From a virus: a DNA stretch of 64,000 bases. The stretch's first letter is position 1; the number at the start of each line of letters is the position of its first letter. The stretch lies in IMG/VR virus record IMGVR_UViG_3300047323_000673, positions 1 through 64,000 of that record. One strand, written 5' to 3'. The notes under the pieces were generated by a model. It worked only from the letters and a program-made list of their open reading frames with translations. It searched no databases and was not told the DNA's origin. Made by a program: the position numbers and the translations under genes. Of this stretch, positions 45,122-55,736 are shown in pieces.

Positions 45122-45711
45122 ATTTTTAATTTTTTTTCTTTAATTTCATTAAGACTTAATTCTGAAGTTAGTTCTTTATTTAATTCATTTTTCCAATGAT
45201 AAGCATTAATAGCTTTTCTTCTAACTTCTTGATCATCATATTCAATCCAATAAGGTATGTGGATACCTATTTGTATACCTCTATATAACATAGATTTTGG
45301 AGGAGATTTTAAATTATATGGTTTCCAATTAGATATATCCCCTTTAAATTTTGAAGACCTAAACATTTCAAACATATTTTCAACATTAGAAACATCCCAA
45401 TCTGATATGTCCCCATTAAATTCAGATTCTCTAAACATTTCATGCATATCTTTAACATTTGATACATCCCATTTTGATATATCTCCATTAAATGTAGAAT
45501 ATGCAAATAAACCTCGCATTTCTATTACATTAGAAACATTCCATAAGCTAATATCTCCATTGAAATCCAAATCAGTAAATAATCCATTCATTGTTATTAT
45601 TTGCGAAACATCAATATGATTTAAGTTACATTTACTCCCATTTAATTCTAATTCATTATAAATTAAATCTTTCAAATGTTCTCTATCGTTAGCTATAATT
45701 ATAGGTTTCAT
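45118..45711 (-). CDS. DUF285/BspA-like LRR protein, 3 repeats
   Basis: Caps and repeats; tail [10 protein letters not shown]...KKLKI. Confidence 0.9.
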   Translation of the reverse strand: MKPIIIANDREHLKDLIYNELELNGSKCNLNHIDVSQIITMNGLFTDLDFNGDISLWNVSNVIEMRGLFAYSTFNGDISKWDVSNVKDMHEMFRESEFNGDISDWDVSNVENMFEMFRSSKFKGDISNWKPYNLKSPPKSMLYRGIQIGIHIPYWIEYDDQEVRRKAINAYHWKNELNKELTSELSLNEIKEKKLKI

Positions 45712-46277
45712 ATTTTTACTTTCTTTTCTAATTTATTTTTTTCAACTAGTTCTTGCCCCAACACTTTTTGTAAACAATAAGCATCAATAGCTTTATTTCT
45801 TATTTCTTTATTTTCAAAATTAGCCCAATATGTGATAGGTGCTAAACAATTCTTAAAAGCCTCAACTATACAATCCAAACTATATGGTTTCCATTTTGAT
45901 AAATCTTGACTAAATTTAGAATCTCTGAATATTTCTCTTATACTTTCTACTTTAGAAACATCCCAATCAGATATATCATTATTAAATTCAGAATCATAAA
46001 ACATTGCTCCCATATTTGTAACATTAGATACATTCCATTTAGAAATATCACCTCGGAATATAGAAAATCCGAACATTCCATACATACATTTTACGCTAGA
46101 AACATCCCATTTAGATATATCTCCATTAAACAGAGAATGCTCAAATAAATAGGTCATATCAGTAACATTAGAAACATCAATATAATTTAAATCACAATTA
46201 TTACCATTTAATTGAATTTCTGCATTAATTAACTCTATTAAATGCTGTTTATCTGTAGCTATAATTGTATTCTTCAT
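45708..46277 (-). CDS. DUF285/BspA-like LRR protein, 3 repeats
   Basis: Caps and repeats; tail LGQEL...KKVKI. Confidence 0.9.
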   Translation of the reverse strand: MKNTIIATDKQHLIELINAEIQLNGNNCDLNYIDVSNVTDMTYLFEHSLFNGDISKWDVSSVKCMYGMFGFSIFRGDISKWNVSNVTNMGAMFYDSEFNNDISDWDVSKVESIREIFRDSKFSQDLSKWKPYSLDCIVEAFKNCLAPITYWANFENKEIRNKAIDAYCLQKVLGQELVEKNKLEKKVKI

Positions 46278-46984
46278 ATTTTTAACTTCTTTTCATTAAC
46301 ATTATTCTGACTCAAATTTTTACTTAATTCTTGATTTAAATAATATGCATTAATAGCTTTTACAATACCTTCATGAGTATATTTTGCCCAATATGGTTTT
46401 TTAGCAGAACATTTATGAAAAATTTCAGTCATATCTTCTATGCTATATGGCTTCCAATTGGTTAAATCACCATTAAATTGAGAATTTTTAAACATATAGC
46501 TCATATCTCTAACCTGAGAAACATCCCATTTACTTATGTCACCATTAAATAAACTTTCCCTAAACATAAAACCCATACTTAGTACTTGAGATGTATCCCA
46601 ATTACTGATATCGCCATTAAAATTTGATGAACAAAACATATTTTGCATATTTTTGACACCAGAAACATTCCAATTACTGATATCTCCATTAAAACTAGAC
46701 TTCCAAAACATACTACCCATATCTTCTACCTTAGAAACATCCCATTTACTTATGTCACCATTGAATAAACTTTCTCTAAATATATAGTTCATATATCTGA
46801 CATTACTAACATTCCAATTACTGATATCGCCATTAAATTTAGATTGTTGAAATAATTCATACATATTCGTAATATTAGACACATCTATATGATTTAAGTC
46901 GCATTGATTACCATATTGTTTAATTGACACATGAATTAAAAAGTCTAAATGTTCTCTATCTTTAGCAATAATCCTTGGTTTCAT
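46274..46984 (-). CDS. DUF285/BspA-like LRR protein, 5 repeats
   Basis: Caps and repeats; internal 216-bp-offset near-identical blocks; tail ELSKNL...KKLKI. Confidence 0.9.
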   Translation of the reverse strand: MKPRIIAKDREHLDFLIHVSIKQYGNQCDLNHIDVSNITNMYELFQQSKFNGDISNWNVSNVRYMNYIFRESLFNGDISKWDVSKVEDMGSMFWKSSFNGDISNWNVSGVKNMQNMFCSSNFNGDISNWDTSQVLSMGFMFRESLFNGDISKWDVSQVRDMSYMFKNSQFNGDLTNWKPYSIEDMTEIFHKCSAKKPYWAKYTHEGIVKAINAYYLNQELSKNLSQNNVNEKKLKI

Positions 46985-47961
46985 ATTTTTATTCTTTTCT
47001 TAACTTCATTACTACCAATTAATTCTTTCTTCAATTCTTTATTTAACCAATAATTATTAATAGCTAGTATTCTTCTTTCTTGATTCTCAATTTTTTCCCA
47101 ATAAGGACTGGTAATATTAACACTTAAATCAATAAGCCCATCTTTCAAACTATACGGTTTCCAATCAGATAAGTTTCCATTAAATTTAGAATCAAAAAAC
47201 ATATGACTCATGTCTTCTACATTTTCTACATCCCATTTACCAATATGACCGCTAAAATAAGAATTTTCAAACATAAAAGACATATCTTTAACATTTGAAA
47301 CATTCCAATTACTGATGTCGCCATCGAATTTACTAGATGAGAAAATATATTTCATGTTTTCTACATTACTAACATCCCATTTAGAAATATCACCATCAAA
47401 TTCAGACCTCCAAAACATAAAAGACATATCTTTAACACTTGATACATTCCATTTAGATATATCATTATTAAACCTAGAATTAGAAAACATATGACTCATA
47501 CTTTTAACATTAGAAACATCCCAATTGCTTATATCACTATTGAAATATGAATTAATAAACAGAGAATTCATATTAATGACATTAGAAACATCCCACTGAC
47601 TTATATCCCCATTAAACCGCGAATATTCAAACATGCTTTTCATATTTTTGACATTAGAAACATCCCATTTAGAAATGTCTCCATTAAATTTACTATGTGT
47701 AAACATCTCCATTGTAAACTCAACATTACTCATATCCCATTGACTAATATTTCCATTAAAATCAGAATGAAGAAATAAAGTAGACATATTCTTCACTTGA
47801 GAAACATCAATATGGTTTAAATCACATTCGTTTCCATGTAACTTTATCTCTTCTTGAATAAGACTAATCAAATGTTCTCTGTCTTTAGCAATAATCTTAT
47901 TATTTTTATCTTCTTTAGTTTTAAAGATGCTAAATAAATTTAAAAAGAAATTATTTTTCAT
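46981..47961 (-). CDS. DUF285/BspA-like LRR protein, 8 repeats, N-terminal extension
   Basis: [13 protein letters not shown] extension; tail ELKKEL...KKRIKI. Confidence 0.9.
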   Translation of the reverse strand: MKNNFFLNLFSIFKTKEDKNNKIIAKDREHLISLIQEEIKLHGNECDLNHIDVSQVKNMSTLFLHSDFNGNISQWDMSNVEFTMEMFTHSKFNGDISKWDVSNVKNMKSMFEYSRFNGDISQWDVSNVINMNSLFINSYFNSDISNWDVSNVKSMSHMFSNSRFNNDISKWNVSSVKDMSFMFWRSEFDGDISKWDVSNVENMKYIFSSSKFDGDISNWNVSNVKDMSFMFENSYFSGHIGKWDVENVEDMSHMFFDSKFNGNLSDWKPYSLKDGLIDLSVNITSPYWEKIENQERRILAINNYWLNKELKKELIGSNEVKKRIKI

Positions 47962-48653
47962 ATTTTTACCTTCTTTTTAGGCGTACTTTGAATATTTAAT
48001 TCCGCATTTATCTCTTTATGTAAATGATATGTGTCAATAATTTGTGCCATATCTTGGTCATCATGACGATACCAATATGGTGTGTTGATGTTAGATCTAA
48101 TAAATGTGCCTGCCCATTCTTTTACATTGTAAGGTTTCCAGTTAGTTAAATCACTAAATACTTTAGATGTATAAAACATTGCATTCATGTTCTCTACTTT
48201 AGAAACATTCCATTTGCTAATATCTCCATTAAATTGGGATGAATCAAACATATATCTCATATTTTTAACTCTTGAAACATCCCAATTACTGATATTCCCA
48301 TTAAATTTTGAGTGTGAAAAAAGACTGTCCATGTTTGTGACATTCGCTACATTCCATTTAGAAATATCCCCATTAAACTCAGAATATAAAAAAAGATTCT
48401 CCATATTTTCAACATTAGAAATATCCCAATTACTAATATTTCCATTAAATTTAGAATAAGCAAATAAATTACTTATATCAGTAATTTGAGACACATCAAT
48501 ATGATTCAAATCGCACTCATTTCCATATTTTTTAACTGCTTCATGAATTAAAAAATCTAAATGCTCTCTATCTTTAGCAACGATTATTTCAGGTTGTATT
48601 CCTAAAAAATTTTTTTTGATACCTGCTAAAATTAAAAATAATTTATGTTTCAT
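47958..48653 (-). CDS. DUF285/BspA-like LRR protein, 4 repeats, N-terminal extension
   Basis: [13 protein letters not shown] extension; tail EINAEL...PKKKVKI. Confidence 0.9.
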   Translation of the reverse strand: MKHKLFLILAGIKKNFLGIQPEIIVAKDREHLDFLIHEAVKKYGNECDLNHIDVSQITDISNLFAYSKFNGNISNWDISNVENMENLFLYSEFNGDISKWNVANVTNMDSLFSHSKFNGNISNWDVSRVKNMRYMFDSSQFNGDISKWNVSKVENMNAMFYTSKVFSDLTNWKPYNVKEWAGTFIRSNINTPYWYRHDDQDMAQIIDTYHLHKEINAELNIQSTPKKKVKI

Positions 48654-49147
48654 AATTTTATTCTTTTCCTAGAATTACTATTGTCACCTAATTCTTTATT
48701 TAATTCTTTTTCTAACCAATAATTTTCAATAGCTGTTTTTCTTTTTTCTTTATCTTCAAAATTAGCCCAATAAGGAACATCAATAATACATTTATCAAAA
48801 ATACCTTCGAAATATTCTATATTAAAAGGTTTCCAATTATTTAAGTTTCCTTTAAAATCTGATTCATAAAACATCCAGCCCATATTTTTAACTCTACTAA
48901 CATCCCACTTACTAATATCCCCATTAAACCGTGAACTAGAAAACATATTATTCATGCTTTTGACATGTGAAACATTCCATTTACTAATGTCACCATTAAA
49001 ATCTGATGAACTAAATAAACCATAAAGATCATCAATTTTACTTATATCAATATGGTTTAAATCACATCTGTTTCCATATAAATTCATTTCATCTTTAATT
49101 AATTCTTGTAAGTGATAAGAACTGGAAGCTACAACTATTTGTTTCAT
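48650..49147 (-). CDS. DUF285/BspA-like LRR protein, 2 repeats
   Basis: Start at MKQIVVA after GGAGA SD; tail ELNKEL...RKRIKL. Confidence 0.9.
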   Translation of the reverse strand: MKQIVVASSSYHLQELIKDEMNLYGNRCDLNHIDISKIDDLYGLFSSSDFNGDISKWNVSHVKSMNNMFSSSRFNGDISKWDVSRVKNMGWMFYESDFKGNLNNWKPFNIEYFEGIFDKCIIDVPYWANFEDKEKRKTAIENYWLEKELNKELGDNSNSRKRIKL

Positions 49148-49181
49148 ATTTATCTCCATGAATTAATTTTAAAATAAAGAT

Positions 49182-49200
49182 AAGCCCTAGGTTGGGCTTT
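49182..49200. terminator. intrinsic terminator hairpin
   Basis: aagccctaggttgggcttt. Confidence 0.65.
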
Positions 49201-49204
49201 TATA

Positions 49205-49966
49205 TTAAAGCTTATTTTTCTTTTGATTGCCAGGTTTATTGTCTAATTCAACATCAAGAATCATTGATGTTAATACAGCACCAGAACTGTGATCCAATTG
49301 ATATAGTGAATTCGTTAAATCAGTCAAATTATCAGTAAATTTATTAACCTTAACTACACTAGATATAATAGGATATTGCTCAATTAAGAAAGCTGGAATT
49401 ATTTTTTTGTATTTACTAATATATGAAGTTTTTTCATCTTTTAAAAAACAGTCTAAAACTAAAAATGATAAAGGATTTAAATTTAAACTTTCTCCACGAT
49501 CATAAATCCCCTTACCTAAATCAATTTGTATTCCGTGTGATTCTTCATGATCTCTAAGGACTAAAGACTCTAATTGCCCACTAATAAAATAAGGGTAATC
49601 TCTTTTATCCATTGGAGTTTTTAACATATCCTCTATTCTATCAAGAGTATCCTGTGGAAAAGGTGTATTTTGTACATGCTTATTAAACCCTTCCTCGTGT
49701 CTTTTATAAATTTCTGCCATAAAATTAGGAGCCTCTTCAATAGATGAAAATGTTAAACTAACACCCTTTTCTCCATTATCACTTTTACTTACCGTATTTA
49801 AAACAAAGTTTACATTAATCATACTTGAATAATGATTATAAGGAATCCTTATTTCAAAATTAATATCTTTAGGTCTAAAGCAGAAATAATCCTCATGATT
49901 AGAGTCAACCCTTACATTATCAGCCTTATTTAATAAATCAAGCAAAAATTTTTCTTTATTATTCAT
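49205..49966 (-). CDS. hypothetical protein carrying the shared tail
   Basis: 253-aa ORF; ends MILDVELDNKPGNQKKNKL. Confidence 0.7.
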   Translation of the reverse strand: MNNKEKFLLDLLNKADNVRVDSNHEDYFCFRPKDINFEIRIPYNHYSSMINVNFVLNTVSKSDNGEKGVSLTFSSIEEAPNFMAEIYKRHEEGFNKHVQNTPFPQDTLDRIEDMLKTPMDKRDYPYFISGQLESLVLRDHEESHGIQIDLGKGIYDRGESLNLNPLSFLVLDCFLKDEKTSYISKYKKIIPAFLIEQYPIISSVVKVNKFTDNLTDLTNSLYQLDHSSGAVLTSMILDVELDNKPGNQKKNKL

Positions 49967-50193
49967 TTTTAAATTCCGTTTGTTATATTAATAATAAGGG
50001 AAAATAAACCAAAAACAAAATATTATTAGAGGATGCTTAACAGGTATTGGATATATTGGGCTGAATTAATATATAAAGATACAAACAATTTAATTTAAAT
50101 CAAATAATCATTAAATAGCAAAGAATCCCATTAGACTTTAATAATCATATATAGTAATTTTTTACTTAAAATGCATAACAATAGGAATCTAAT

Positions 50194-50436
50194 ATGAAAA
50201 AAAAATTCATAATATTAAATATTTTATTATTAACTGCCTGCACAAATTATGGACATAAAAAGGTAGATAATTTTAAAACCAACAATTCATCTTATAATGA
50301 TCCTGATATTCTTTTTATTCAGACAGATAATCCTTTCTTAGATGATAAGGTAGTAGCTCCAAAATCTTCTTATATTAATGGTTATAAAAAAGAAAAAGGA
50401 AATTTAAATAAAAATAAAACAAAATCTAAAAAATAA
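50194..50436 (+). CDS. small lipoprotein
   Basis: MKKKFIILNILLLTAC lipobox, ACTNYG as in 28403..28714. Confidence 0.65.
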   Translation: MKKKFIILNILLLTACTNYGHKKVDNFKTNNSSYNDPDILFIQTDNPFLDDKVVAPKSSYINGYKKEKGNLNKNKTKSKK

Positions 50437-50456
50437 AACCAAGAAGGGGCTTTTAT

Positions 50457-50525
50457 TACTGCGCCTATATAACTCAATATTTTTTTATTAAGTGAATCTA
50501 TGTTTAGCTATTTTTTAGATTTCAT
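50457..50525 (-). pseudogene. decayed 5' fragment of a DUF285 paralogue
   Basis: ATG overlaps the upstream stop (ATGA); ATG AAA TCT AAA AAA TAG followed by out-of-frame ATA GCT AAA...ATT GAG TTA TAT, resembling MKSKIIAK...IELYG. Confidence 0.55.
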
Positions 50526-51667
50526 ACTTTGATTTTTTTCTTAATCTCATTGTTACTAGTTAATTCTTGTCTTAATTCTTTATGTAACAAATAATTATTA
50601 ATAGCCAGTATTCTTTTTTCTTGATCATCAATTTTTGCCCAATAAGGAATATTTGGGGCATTTTCATCAAACATATTCATGCAGTTTTCTAATTTTAAAG
50701 GCATCCAATTGGATATGTCGCCGTTAAATTTGGAGTTTTTAAATAAATATTCCATATTCTCAACATTTGATACATCCCAATTACTAATATCTCCATCAAA
50801 ATCTGAAGCAGCAAACATTATAGCCATATTTCGAACATTGCTTGTATTCCATTGGCTAATATCTCCATTAAATTTTGTTTTGTAAAACATACCCTGTAAA
50901 TCATTCACATGAGAAATATTCCACTTAGAAACATTCTTATTAAACTTTGACTCTCTAAACATATTGCTCATATTTTTTACATTAGAAACATCCCATTCAG
51001 ATACATCACCGTTAAATTCTGACTTAAAAAACATATTGTGCATATCTAAAACATTAGAAACATCCCATTCTGAAATATCACCATTGAATTTAGAGGCATT
51101 AAACATACCACTCATATTTTTAACATTAAAAACATTCCAATTTGATATATTTCCATTGAATTTTGATTTTTCAAACATCATTTGCATATTGATGACATTT
51201 GAAACATTCCAATTTGATATATCACCATTAAATTCAGAACCATAAAACATCATTTCTATATTTTTAACATTAGAAACATTCCATTGAGAGATATCTCTAT
51301 TAAATTTTGAGTCGTTAAACATTAAACTCATATCTTCTACCTTAGATGTATTCCATTTACTTAAATCATTATCAAATAATGATTTGTAAAACATAAGTCG
51401 CATATTTTTAACATTAGAAACATCCCACAGACTAATATCTCCGGTAAATTTAGACCAATTAAAAAGTTCACTCATGTCAGTAACATTACTAACATCCCAT
51501 TGTGAGATATTTCCATTAAAATCTGAATTTTTAAATAAATTAGATAAGTCAGTGATATTAGAAACATCAATATGGTTCAAATCACATTTTTTCCCATTTA
51601 ATCTCATTTCTTCTCTAATTAAATCTCTTAAATGGTCTTTATCTTCAGCTATTATCTTAGTCTTCAT
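50522..51667 (-). CDS. DUF285/BspA-like LRR protein, 11 repeats (longest member)
   Basis: 72-nt periodicity (e.g. 50981 and 51053); tail ELRQEL...KKKIKV. Confidence 0.9.
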   Translation of the reverse strand: MKTKIIAEDKDHLRDLIREEMRLNGKKCDLNHIDVSNITDLSNLFKNSDFNGNISQWDVSNVTDMSELFNWSKFTGDISLWDVSNVKNMRLMFYKSLFDNDLSKWNTSKVEDMSLMFNDSKFNRDISQWNVSNVKNIEMMFYGSEFNGDISNWNVSNVINMQMMFEKSKFNGNISNWNVFNVKNMSGMFNASKFNGDISEWDVSNVLDMHNMFFKSEFNGDVSEWDVSNVKNMSNMFRESKFNKNVSKWNISHVNDLQGMFYKTKFNGDISQWNTSNVRNMAIMFAASDFDGDISNWDVSNVENMEYLFKNSKFNGDISNWMPLKLENCMNMFDENAPNIPYWAKIDDQEKRILAINNYLLHKELRQELTSNNEIKKKIKV

Positions 51668-52326
51668 ATTTTTATCTTTTTCTTAAAGCTACTATTATCA
51701 TTTAACTCTGTATTCAATTCTTTTTCGAGATGATAAATATCAATCAATTTATTTCTCTTTTCTTTATCATCAATTTTGGACCAATAAGGAGCTTTTGCTG
51801 GACAATGATAAAAAGCTCCAACAGTCGTAGTATTTCCAGAAATACCCTCTTCTAATTTATATGGCTTCCAATTAATTAAATCATGACTAAAATTAGATTC
51901 TGTAAAAATTCCACCCATATTTTCAACATTACTAACATCCCAATTGGATATATCACCATTAAACTTTGATTTCCAAAAAGCCATATACATGTTTTTAACA
52001 TTTGACACATTCCAATTGCTTATATCACCATTAAACTTAGAATTGGAAAATATTCCCAACATACTTTCAACATTGCTTACATTCCATTTACTAATATCCC
52101 CATTAAATTCAGAATAATTAAACATATTAGTCATATATTTGACCTTACTAACATTCCAATTGCTAATATCGCCATCAAATTGAGAGTATTCAAAAATATA
52201 ACTCATATCAGTAACATTAGAAACATCTATATGGTTTAAATCACATTCGTTTCCATTTAATTCAATTTCTTGTTGAATTAATTCTGTTAAATGAGCTTTA
52301 TCTTTAGCAATAATTTTATTTTTCAT
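51664..52326 (-). CDS. DUF285/BspA-like LRR protein, 4 repeats
   Basis: Caps and repeats; tail ELNTEL...KKKIKI. Confidence 0.9.
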   Translation of the reverse strand: MKNKIIAKDKAHLTELIQQEIELNGNECDLNHIDVSNVTDMSYIFEYSQFDGDISNWNVSKVKYMTNMFNYSEFNGDISKWNVSNVESMLGIFSNSKFNGDISNWNVSNVKNMYMAFWKSKFNGDISNWDVSNVENMGGIFTESNFSHDLINWKPYKLEEGISGNTTTVGAFYHCPAKAPYWSKIDDKEKRNKLIDIYHLEKELNTELNDNSSFKKKIKI

Positions 52327-53057
52327 ATTTTTACCTTCTTTTTAGCATTATTATTATTACTTAATTCTTTACTTAATTCTTTTTGGAAATGATAAATATC
52401 AATTAATCTGTCTCGTTTTTCTTTATCGTTAACTTTGGCCCAATAAGGAATTGGTGCTGGACAATTATCAAACCCTCCAACAGTTGTAGCACTTTCACAA
52501 ATACCATATTTTAATTTATATGGTTCCCACTTAGTTAAATCATGACTGAAATCAGATTCTGTAAAAATTCCTTCCATGTCTTCAACATTTCCAACAGTCC
52601 AATTAGAAATGTCTCCATTAAATTTTGATTGCCAAAAGATCATATGCATGTTTTTAACCTGAGAAACATCCCATTTGCTTATATTTCCATTGAATTTAGA
52701 ATTGGAAAACAATCCTTCCATACTTTCAACTTGAGAAGTGTCCCATTTAGAAATATCTCCATTAAATTTAGAATGACTAAACATATTATTCATATTTTTA
52801 ACTTTACCAACACTCCAATTACTAATATCTCCATTAAACTCAGAATAGTCGAACATATAACTCATATCTTCTACATTACTAACATTCCATTTAGAGATAT
52901 CTCCATTAAAATCCTTGCCATTAAATAAATTACTTAAATCAGTAAAACTAGAAACATCAATATGGTTTAAATCACATCCGTTTCCATGTGATTCTATTTC
53001 CTGCTCGATTAACTTCACTAAATGTATTTTGTTATTAGGTATTATAGTCGGCTTCAT
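52323..53057 (-). CDS. DUF285/BspA-like LRR protein, 5 repeats
   Basis: Caps and repeats; tail ELSKEL...KKKVKI. Confidence 0.9.
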   Translation of the reverse strand: MKPTIIPNNKIHLVKLIEQEIESHGNGCDLNHIDVSSFTDLSNLFNGKDFNGDISKWNVSNVEDMSYMFDYSEFNGDISNWSVGKVKNMNNMFSHSKFNGDISKWDTSQVESMEGLFSNSKFNGNISKWDVSQVKNMHMIFWQSKFNGDISNWTVGNVEDMEGIFTESDFSHDLTKWEPYKLKYGICESATTVGGFDNCPAPIPYWAKVNDKEKRDRLIDIYHFQKELSKELSNNNNAKKKVKI

Positions 53058-53638
53058 ATTTTTACCTTTTTCTTAGAGCTATTATTTTCACTTAACTCTT
53101 GGCTCAAATCCTCACTTAAACAATAAGATTCAATAGCTTTTATCAATTTTTCATTACTATCATAATTTGCCCAATAAGGAATTGGTGCAGGACATTTAAT
53201 AAATATATTATTATTACTTTGTTCTAAACTAATCGGCTTCCATTTTGATAAGTCCTGCTTAAAATTTGATTCGGCAAACATCTCTTCCATATCTATAACA
53301 CTACTAACATCCCAGTTAGATATTTCTTTATTGAATTTAGAATAAACAAACATATAATACATATTTGTGACATTTGAAACATTCCAGTTAGAGATATCTT
53401 CATTAAATTTAGAACTTCTAAACATGCTATCCATGTTGGTCACATTGCTCACATCCCATTTTGAAATATCCCCATTAAAACGGCTGTTAAAATTACCATT
53501 GCTAAAAACAGTCCTCATGCTCTTAACTAAAGAAACATCAATATGATTTAAATCGCATTCCTTACCATTCAATGCAATTTCTATATTAATTAATTTTATT
53601 AAGTGCTGATTATCTCTAGCTATAATTTTAGGCTTCAT
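53054..53638 (-). CDS. DUF285/BspA-like LRR protein, 3 repeats
   Basis: Caps and repeats; tail DLSQEL...KKKVKI. Confidence 0.9.
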   Translation of the reverse strand: MKPKIIARDNQHLIKLINIEIALNGKECDLNHIDVSLVKSMRTVFSNGNFNSRFNGDISKWDVSNVTNMDSMFRSSKFNEDISNWNVSNVTNMYYMFVYSKFNKEISNWDVSSVIDMEEMFAESNFKQDLSKWKPISLEQSNNNIFIKCPAPIPYWANYDSNEKLIKAIESYCLSEDLSQELSENNSSKKKVKI

Positions 53639-54324
53639 ATTTTAAGGCTTTTCTTTTTAGGTTCATCATTAATCTTTAAATCATTTTTTAAATCATTATG
53701 TAGCTTATATTTATCAATTGCTTCTTTTCTTGCTTGTTTATCGTCAAATTCAGCCCAGTAAGGAATAATAACTGTAGCAAAAGTGAACATTTCATAACAC
53801 GAACCTAATTTATATGGTTTCCATTCATTTATATTGCCCGAAAAAACAGAAGCATTAAACATGTATCTCATATTTATTACATTACTTACATCCCAATTTG
53901 AAATATCACCATTAAAAATAGAGCCAAGAAATAGTGAACCCATATTTTCTACTTTGGAAGTATTCCACTTTGATATATCACTATTAAATTCAGAGCTTTC
54001 AAACATACGACTCATATCTTTAACATTAGAAGTATTCCAATTACTAATATCACCATTAAATCTTGCTCTGTAAAACATCCCTTCCATATTCTCAACATTG
54101 GAGACATCCCATTGACTAACATCACCATTAAATTCAGTTTTTTCAAATAGAAAACTCATATTTGTAATCTTACTTACATCAATATGATTTAAATCACAAT
54201 TATTACCATTCTGTTCAATTTCTTCATTAATTAATTGTTCTAAATGTCCTTTATTTCTAGCAATAATTTTATCACTAGAAAACCTTTTAATTAAATAGTT
54301 AATATATTGTTTAACAATTTTCAT
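53635..54324 (-). CDS. DUF285/BspA-like LRR protein, 4 repeats, N-terminal extension
   Basis: Start at MKIVKQ after GGAGA SD; tail DLKNDL...KKKSLKI. Confidence 0.9.
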   Translation of the reverse strand: MKIVKQYINYLIKRFSSDKIIARNKGHLEQLINEEIEQNGNNCDLNHIDVSKITNMSFLFEKTEFNGDVSQWDVSNVENMEGMFYRARFNGDISNWNTSNVKDMSRMFESSEFNSDISKWNTSKVENMGSLFLGSIFNGDISNWDVSNVINMRYMFNASVFSGNINEWKPYKLGSCYEMFTFATVIIPYWAEFDDKQARKEAIDKYKLHNDLKNDLKINDEPKKKSLKI

Positions 54325-54342
54325 GTTTATCTCCATTACTTT

Positions 54343-54370
54343 ATTCTAGCAAAATAAAAATAACTATCAA
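54343..54370 (-). promoter_or_regulatory. sigma70-type promoter (TTGATA-N16-TAGAAT, TG extended -10)
   Basis: Conserved motif upstream of operon head. Confidence 0.6.
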
Positions 54371-54441
54371 TTTACTATTAAATATAACAGTAGAAATACA
54401 ATTTAAATTTAATATAATTAATATCTAACTAAAGGACCATA

Positions 54442-54822
54442 ATGACCAAAATAATAAAAACTATTATCTCTTCAATTCTCATACTATCTATCTCAGGATG
54501 TGCCAATATGGGGGCTAATTATCGTCCCATAATAGATAGCAAAGTAATCAATCGTGCAAAATATGAACAAGATTTAAAAGAATGCCAGGAATTCGCTAAA
54601 GAGGCACCAAGTGGAATGGATGGTGTTATAGCTGGTGCAGTCGTTGGAACTTTAATAGGTGCAGCAGTAGGTGGTTCTACAGGAAACTCGTATATTCGTA
54701 ATTCAACGATGAATTATGGTGGAACATACGGAGCATTGAGTGGTGGAGCATCAGCAGAAGGAACTCAAAGAAATATTATAAAGAGATGCTTAACAGGTCG
54801 TGGTTATAGTGTGTTAAATTAA
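54442..54822 (+). CDS. glycine-zipper lipoprotein
   Basis: Lipobox ISGC, Y..DL..C..FA, GAVVGTLIGAAVGG zipper, C..GRGY C-terminus. Confidence 0.8.
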   Translation: MTKIIKTIISSILILSISGCANMGANYRPIIDSKVINRAKYEQDLKECQEFAKEAPSGMDGVIAGAVVGTLIGAAVGGSTGNSYIRNSTMNYGGTYGALSGGASAEGTQRNIIKRCLTGRGYSVLN

Positions 54823-54828
54823 AAGGAG

Positions 54829-54848
54829 AGCCTCTAGATAGAGGCTTT
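54829..54848. terminator. intrinsic terminator hairpin between convergent units
   Basis: agcctctagatagaggcttt. Confidence 0.7.
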
Positions 54849-54849
54849 T

Positions 54850-54937
54850 TTATATTTTAGTTCTCTTTATTAAATCATCACCATTACCTAAAATTTTTTA
54901 AATCCTCCTTACCTTGAGCAATAATTTTAGTTTTCAT
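54850..54937 (-). pseudogene. collapsed DUF285 paralogue: N-terminus joined to tail, LRR core absent
   Basis: MKTKIIAQGKEDLKNFR*; removing one A from the A run gives MKTKIIAQGKEDLKILGNGDDLIKRTKI*. Confidence 0.65.
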
Positions 54938-55632
54938 ATTTTTATTTTCTTATTTGAGCTATCATTAACAGTCAAATCTTCATTCAATTTTTTTTGTAGA
55001 TGATAACTGTCAATGGCCTTATTTCTTTCTTCCCTATCTTCATAATTTATCCAATAAGGTTGATTAATAGTTGAGTCACTAAAAGATCCATAATTCCTTT
55101 TTAAGTTATATGGTTTCCAATTAGAGATATCTCCATGAAATGATGAGTTTAAAAACATCTGAGTCATATGCGTAACACTAGACACATCCCATTGTGAAAT
55201 ATCTCCATTAAATTGCGAGCCTGAAAACATAGCATTCATATTCTTAACTTTAGAAACATTCCATTTACTAATATCCCCGTTAAATGTAGAGTCAGAAAAC
55301 ATATTAAACATACTCTCAACATTAGATGTATCCCAATTAGATATATCGCCGTTGAAATCAGAGTATTTAAAGACACTATTCATACTAGTAACTTTAGAAA
55401 CATTCCATTTTGAAATATCTCCATTAAATTTTAAATCCGCAAATAAACCATCCATATCTGTAATCTGAGAAACATCTATATGATTTAAATCACAACAATC
55501 ACCATACTGATTAATTTCTTTTTCAATAACATATTTTAAATGATTAAGGCTTTTTGCCAAAATATACTTACTCAAATTTTGGTTTCGAATAGCCTGATAT
55601 TTTTCAGATAAGAATTTAAATTGAACGGCCAT
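54934..55632 (-). CDS. DUF285/BspA-like LRR protein, 4 repeats, N-terminal extension
   Basis: Caps and repeats; tail LNEDL...KKIKI. Confidence 0.9.
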   Translation of the reverse strand: MAVQFKFLSEKYQAIRNQNLSKYILAKSLNHLKYVIEKEINQYGDCCDLNHIDVSQITDMDGLFADLKFNGDISKWNVSKVTSMNSVFKYSDFNGDISNWDTSNVESMFNMFSDSTFNGDISKWNVSKVKNMNAMFSGSQFNGDISQWDVSSVTHMTQMFLNSSFHGDISNWKPYNLKRNYGSFSDSTINQPYWINYEDREERNKAIDSYHLQKKLNEDLTVNDSSNKKIKI

Positions 55633-55736
55633 ATCTTCATCCTATTATTAGTTATGCTCAATTTTAACACAATAATTTATCAAATAATCATTTTTGTGCT
55701 ATCATATTATCTATCCAATAATGACCGGAGCTAAAA

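Noticed and set aside
5688..54073. Many plus-strand ORFs such as 5688..5978, 24963..25424, 45257..45619 and 50964..51245 ([12 protein letters not shown] repeats)
   Set aside because: They are antisense shadows of the DUF285 repeat; the reverse frame is stop-poor because of the conserved codons. They have no SD, promoter or independent features.
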